This document shows positions 58,901 to 64,000 of a stretch of DNA of 64,000 nucleotides, in pieces. The first letter of the stretch is position 1. Each line of letters opens with the position of its first letter. The DNA comes from Rhizaria sp. SCN 62-66 (Eukaryota), in the NCBI GenBank assembly GCA_001724265.1, contig MEDY01000011.1, positions 1 through 64,000 on the forward strand, in the 5' to 3' direction. The position numbers and the translations under genes are program-made. The notes under the pieces are model-generated. The model worked only from the letters and a program-made list of their open reading frames with translations. It ran no database searches and had not been told where the DNA came from.

Positions 58901-60076
58901 TACCACTACGCGGCCCACGCGCCCGCTACGGTGCTCGCGGCGGCGCGGCGCGAGGCGCACTTGGCCCATGCAGCGGAGCACCGCGCTGCCGCGGCCGCGA
59001 AGGCGCGAACTAGTGTCAAAGCAGCGCGGGCCGCCAGCGCTAAGACGAGGGATGTCAGTCGCGGTGGCGGTCAAGACGGGACAGCGGAGGAGGAGGAGCG
59101 GCAGCAGAGGCTACTGTTGGTGCAGCGGTGGCAGCGCGAGGAGGAGGAGGAGAGGGCGCTCTATTACGACTGCGACCTCGCATTCGCTGACCCCGACAAT
59201 CACAACTATGGCAGCGACGGCATCGTGAACTCTCGCAACGGCGCTGCTGAGAATGGAGGCGAGGGCGGTGGCGACACTGCCGGTGACCGCGGTATGGCTG
59301 CCTTGCCCGACGCCGACAGCTATCGCCGCGGGCTGTGGTAGAACGACGTGGCCCGAATGCGCGCGCTGCTTTTGGAGGAAGAATCCGCTGCTCTACACCG
59401 TGAACAACAGCAACAACAGCAGCAACGGCAAGAGCAAGAGCAAGAGCAGCTTAAGCAGACAGAGCAGCAGCAACAGCGCTGGCGCATGCGTGTGCAGCTG
59501 CAGCCACAGCAGTCACGGTTGCAGGCGCAGTCTCAGTCGTCGCGGTCGCGGACTCAAGCGCAGGCGCTCGTGGCCGCCGTCGCAGTCGCCGGCACTGACG
59601 CCGGGCTCCCGGTGCACATGTACCCACGCGTGCCCCCCGCGCTGCCGCCGCGCGCCGCGCCGCCGCCGTCGATCCGCGCGCTCCCGCCGACAGGCAGACA
59701 CGGCGACGGCTGCAACGATGTCGACGGCGACGGCGATAGTATGCGGTCTCGTGGCGGGACGGAGCCCGAGCTGGCGCGGTCGCCCGTGCGCGCTTTATAC
59801 CCCGCCAGCAACGGCGCGTATGGTGCAAGCTCTTGTGCTGGAGCGCGCGCGCCCCGTCCCTCCACTGCAACAGTGTCTGCAACTGCGGCGGCGGCCAAGA
59901 ATAGCGGCAGTGGCAGTGGTATTGGCAGTGGGCCAGTGGCGCGGCCCGGCTGGCCGGTGAAGCTGATGGACTGGGGCGACGCTGAGGGGCTCGACGCACG
60001 GTACGCGGCCGGAGGCGTGGGTGGCGGAGGCAGGGGCGTCGGAGGAAGCACGGTTGCTGTGGCCGCACGCAAGTAA
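55929..60076 (+). CDS. Four-exon gene with N-terminal CFAP97/KIAA1430-like domain and Gln-rich tail; about 1251 aa if two in-frame TAGs are read through
   Basis: Exons 55929-56038, 56161-56938, 57067-57273 and 57416-60076, all with GTACG..AG introns in consistent phase. HREALYRIKNGAPMVDTR...RIRNDNRALSAQLRRI resembles the CFAP97 domain. TAGs at 56375-56377 and 59339-59341; final TAA at 60074-60076. Confidence 0.7.
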
Positions 60077-61418
60077 GCAAAGAAAGTGATGTAAAACATA
60101 ACCTGTCGTTGCGACAGTCACTGCTGCGTCTTGACCTGAGACCGCGAACGTCAATTTAAACGAACGAGATACTTAGAAATGTGGTTATTTAGACTTGAAC
60201 AATACAATATATGTTTGTATGAGCCATCGTAAGCGTTGTTCAAGTTAATATGCATGCTGATATGCAGTAGACGACAATGGCACGCCCCTGTCTGAGACTC
60301 ATTTAAATTAAGTAAATCCTCGCTCAATATCGATATTTCACAGTAGGTATCTGCAATTTCAACTAAAACTGTATTTTTTATATTTGATGTAAACATTTTT
60401 TTGTCCGAATTTTCGAATATCATCCTGTGTTTTTTGCATTTTGTATTTCTCTTTGAGACGTGAAAAATATCGATCGCCAGAAATAAGAATGAATGACAAA
60501 CACTCTCGAAACTGTTTTCTTTTGTAGCGCGCTAGATTTAGCATGAAACAAAGTTTAACCAACTAAAATCACATTAATTTGAAAAAAGACATATCCCACC
60601 GCAAAATCCGTGTTGATGAAGCACATGGCAACATAGAGCATGGAGTTATGAGAGTAATTTTAGCAATTATAGGAAACAAAATCTAGTTTTCATAGAGAAA
60701 CAACATTATTTTTAATATAGTGCGTTATAAGACATTGTTTAAGTACAATTTTTATTAATATACGCAATAATTCAAAAGAAAAATATAAGATAAATAGTAT
60801 TGAACAGCCTTCCCTGCTAGTGCTCGGTAGATCGTCAGAATGACCCACCTGAACGCGGCGCTTGAGATGAATTGTCAAAACAAAAGGGAGTAATCCTTTT
60901 AGTTTAAGGTATGAACCTGGACATTTGTTCGGTTATATCTGCTCAACTCACGTGAGATGAGCATCCGAGCATGTGCGTGTAATTCCGAGTCATCATACGT
61001 GTCACATCATTGCTTTTTCTCGTGATGGAGGTCGGATATTGTTTTGTATTGCGTCATACAAACTGGACTGCGTTGGGCACCTCGCCAAGCAACAACCAGT
61101 GTTCGTTTGAAAGTTCGTATTCAGCTTATTCTGCAAAGATACGATGGTGATCTAAGTATTCCCAGTCCTTCCGCCTTGTTACAGCGGAAGCGCCAGGAGA
61201 GATAATTTTGTTCTAAGTAACGTCATAAACAACCATATACACATCTCATGACAAGATTGTCACAGTCCGCTCACTTTGAGCAACGATGTGGCGTTCGTTG
61301 CAGCCCTACGTTTATATTAGGATTACTCTGCTGTTGTCATTGTCAGCCATTGTGCCACCCATGAGTGAGTGAGGAAGTGAGTGGGTGAGCGGGCATTACG
61401 CGTGTGAGTGTGATTAGC

Positions 61419-62063
61419 TTACCTGCGCGTGTTAGCCGGGGTGGACTTAAGCGTGGACTTATGCGTGCGGCAAATGGCGTGCACAATCGCGTACGCGTTG
61501 GGCTCGGTGGGGCGCGACGCCGAGTCCGGCGAAAGAAGAAACGTGTGCACGAAGCCGTACGACTGCTCCTTCATGCCGAACTTGGCGTCGCCGGCGATGG
61601 TGACGAGCAGCGCCGAGTTGGCGCCGTTGGCCGCCGGCATCACGGGCTGCACATCCAGCGAGAGAACCTCGTGCTTCGAGATGGGGAGCACCGAGGTGAA
61701 GAACGCGCGGATGTCGGCGGCGCCGGAGTAGGCGGTGCCGTCCCAGATCAGCGTCGCCTGCGCGCTGAACATGTTCGCCAGGGCCTGTGATATAGGACGC
61801 GAGAGCGCCAGCGAGAGCGAGTTGAGATGGTGAAGGCAAGAGTTGCGGGGAGCGAGGACAGCGGGGTGGGATACGGTGAGATTATGAGGTATAAGAGGTG
61901 TAAAATCACGTCTAGCGCTAATAGACAAGACATTATAAGACTAGGGTGGAAATGGCGTGTGACGTACGTCGCGACTGGAGTCACAGATGGTGTAGAAGAC
62001 GTCCTTAAACGACTCGCCACTGAGGTCTGCGACCATTTGTGTGGTCTGCGGATTGATCTGCAT
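61419..62063 (-). CDS. NXT1: NTF2-related export protein (p15/NXT), about 153 aa
   Basis: Exons 62063-61968 and 61784-61419 with a GTACGT..CACAG intron. SFKDVFYTICDSSRDALANMFSAQATLIWDGTAYSG..LP.SKHEVLSLDVQPV..LLVTIAGDAKF..FVHTFLL matches the NXT pattern. The TAA overlaps a possible GTAAGC donor, so a tiny last exon is possible. Confidence 0.88.
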
Positions 62064-62437
62064 ACTGTCTGAAGATCGGGTGTTAAAAGATGGCCAAGTA
62101 TGTCAGAGTTTTACAGTTACGGCAGTGAAGTTTCAGCGCAATTGACAATCGTATGAGGGCACTAGCGATGGATTTAGACAGGCTGCCTGGGGGCAGATCG
62201 GACACGACCGATTCGAGGTGGACCGTCCAGTCGGTCGGCAACCTGCGGCTTAACTTGAGCAACCGGAGATGATCTTTGGAAGGTAATTGTGCCTCATAGA
62301 GACGACTTATGCCGCACATAGCGCTACTATTTAAATACTTCTACTCTTGATCTCTATCCAAGTTTATTAGCTCATCGCGAATCTCTCTGTAACCCTTTCA
62401 AATTGCCCTCCATTTTCCCGGTTGTCCTCAGTCAACA

Positions 62438-62961
62438 ATGGCCAAGGTACGCTTTAAGACCATTTTCGTATCCTTATATCTCCTTTTATAGTCTATTCGT
62501 TCTTGATCTTGGCGACCGTTTGTATATTCTGTCATTTATCACTTGCGGTGTTTTGAACCGCTTCTGTTTTCCCCGTCAAATGCGCTCTCTCCGTCTGGTC
62601 GGCTTCTCATCTGCTGCCTCGCCCGTTTTCTACTTTTTCCTCGCTGCCGTGCACAGAAGAAGGTCAAGACTGTCCTCGTCAAGCTCCTCAGCCAGGCTGG
62701 CACTGGTTTTTTCTACCTGCTCAAGAAGAACCCCACCAAGGTTCGTCCCACCCCCACTTAGCCCTCTTCTCTCCCATAGCTCTGCCCAACCACAAACCAT
62801 AACGTCTCTCGTCTGACTTTGCCCCGCCCTTGCTCACGTCAATTCTCGCCGCATCCCTTCACCCCATTGCTCCTCTCCAGAACCCCGCCAAGGTGATCAT
62901 GCGCAAGCACGACCCCGTCGTTAACCAGCACGTCATCTTCCAGGAGGCCAAGCTCAAGTAA
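62438..62961 (+). CDS. MRPL33: Mitochondrial ribosomal protein bL33m, 57 aa, three exons
   Basis: Exons 62438-62446, 62657-62740 and 62881-62961 give MAKKKVKTVLVKLLSQAGTGFFYLLKKNPTKNPAKVIMRKHDPVVNQHVIFQEAKLK then TAA. Confidence 0.93.
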
Positions 62962-63675
62962 GCGCTTCTCACAGCGTCACGCACACAGCGATCACATACT
63001 AAGCGAGCACGTTGTGGCTGTGTCTTGCTCTCTCTCGCGCTCTCTTGTACGCTTCCTGCTTCAACGCATCCCCGCTCTGTCTTGACTACTTACACGCGCG
63101 CGCCTGTGCCTTCTTGCTATGCTCATGATGCCTCAACACACAGGCATATAATAGCTTGAAGAAAATGAGCGAAGCAGAAGCAACCGTAACGAGAGGACAA
63201 CTGTTTCGGCAAGACACCCGCACGTTCTTTATAATTCCTTAATACTTCCCCATAACCACAAGCAAACATCGAATATTTAATCACACATCGCCGCTCTACT
63301 CTGTATCCGCACTCGCGTAGCAAGCGAGCAAGCACAGATAGCATGAGCAATAACAACACGATAACAGCAAAAACAGAAAGAAAAACAACACAATCTACAA
63401 AGCAATACAAACTCTATATTCCAAACACAATGACGCTTGTTCACATTGTTATTGTATCTACAACACATTGATTTAATCCCAGTGTCTTTTGTTTGATTAT
63501 TTGCTTTGTCGCGTTAATATCAGTATCACCAGGTCTCTCAATGCAAACACCGACAATGCGTCAATGCGCAAGAACGAGATGTGTCCTAATCGACGTCCGA
63601 ATGAAACGCCTCCACTGGCCTTTATCAGAAAGTGTCGCACACAGGCTGCATCGTGAGATTACACGCTCAGCTCAT

Positions 63676-64000
63676 TCACTTGTAGTCCTTGCCGCCCCAC
63701 TGTCGCTGGCGACCCTGCTGCCCGCCCGCCGCCGCGCCGCCTCGGCTCCCACCAGCGCCGCCGCCAGCGTTAGCGCCGGCGTTGCTGAGGCCGAGGCCCG
63801 CGTTAAGGCCGGCGCGGGGCCGGTTGGAGTCGTCGAGCAGCGCGTGGTCCTCGAACGTCCGCACCACGGGCGCGTCCTGCCCCACATCCCAGTGCGTCGA
63901 AATGGCGATCTTCTCCCCCATCTTGGCCAGCGTCTCCTGCAGCATGGTCGCGAAGTCCTCGCCCATGCGTTCCATGCGGCGCTTGTGCTCCGCGATCTCG
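63676..64000 (-). CDS. 3' end of a coiled-coil protein resembling dynein regulatory complex subunit DRC12/CCDC153 (5' part outside the window)
   Basis: EIAEHKRRMERMGEDFATMLQETLAKMGEKI resembles the CCDC153 C-terminal helix. Stop TGA. Confidence 0.55.
   Translation of the reverse strand, partial: EIAEHKRRMERMGEDFATMLQETLAKMGEKIAISTHWDVGQDAPVVRTFEDHALLDDSNRPRAGLNAGLGLSNAGANAGGGAGGSRGGAAAGGQQGRQRQWGGKDYK

Noticed and set aside
60100-61400. AT-rich 1.3-kb spacer with a small hairpin at about 61168-61190
   Set aside because: No tRNA, transposon end or credible ORF recognised; consistent with convergent 3' flanks.

Overview
Gene-dense eukaryotic nuclear DNA, most likely from a flagellated protist. 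Exons are very GC-rich and spacers and introns are AT/pyrimidine-rich. Introns are short spliceosomal ones, mostly GTACGY...YAG. About 16 protein genes can be read. Well-supported calls: an ABCA transporter (runs off the left edge), a GRAB-domain golgin, WDR3/DIP2/UTP12, VPS35, a PP2A B56 subunit, NXT1 and mitochondrial bL33. Family-level or weaker calls: an NWE-motif ciliary protein, a giant Cys-rich single-pass coiled-coil protein, a TPR protein, a UPF0193/EVG1-like protein, a polyQ/AT-hook protein, a RanBP2-ZnF/PH-BEACH-like protein, an unknown low-complexity protein, a CFAP97-domain-like protein and the 3' end of a DRC12/CCDC153-like gene. Highlights: (1) one 4-exon gene carries two in-frame TAG codons while none of the other 14 gene ends uses TAG, suggesting UAG reassignment or readthrough; (2) an unexplained, apparently spliced, highly structured minus-strand RNA lies at about 7050-7640; (3) a spliced 44-codon uORF and about 1.09 kb with no ATG precede PP2A-B56; (4) there is a 1-nt frameshift inside a CAG tract; (5) a degenerate BEACH domain is split by large insertions. 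All family calls come from motif recognition by eye, not from database searches.
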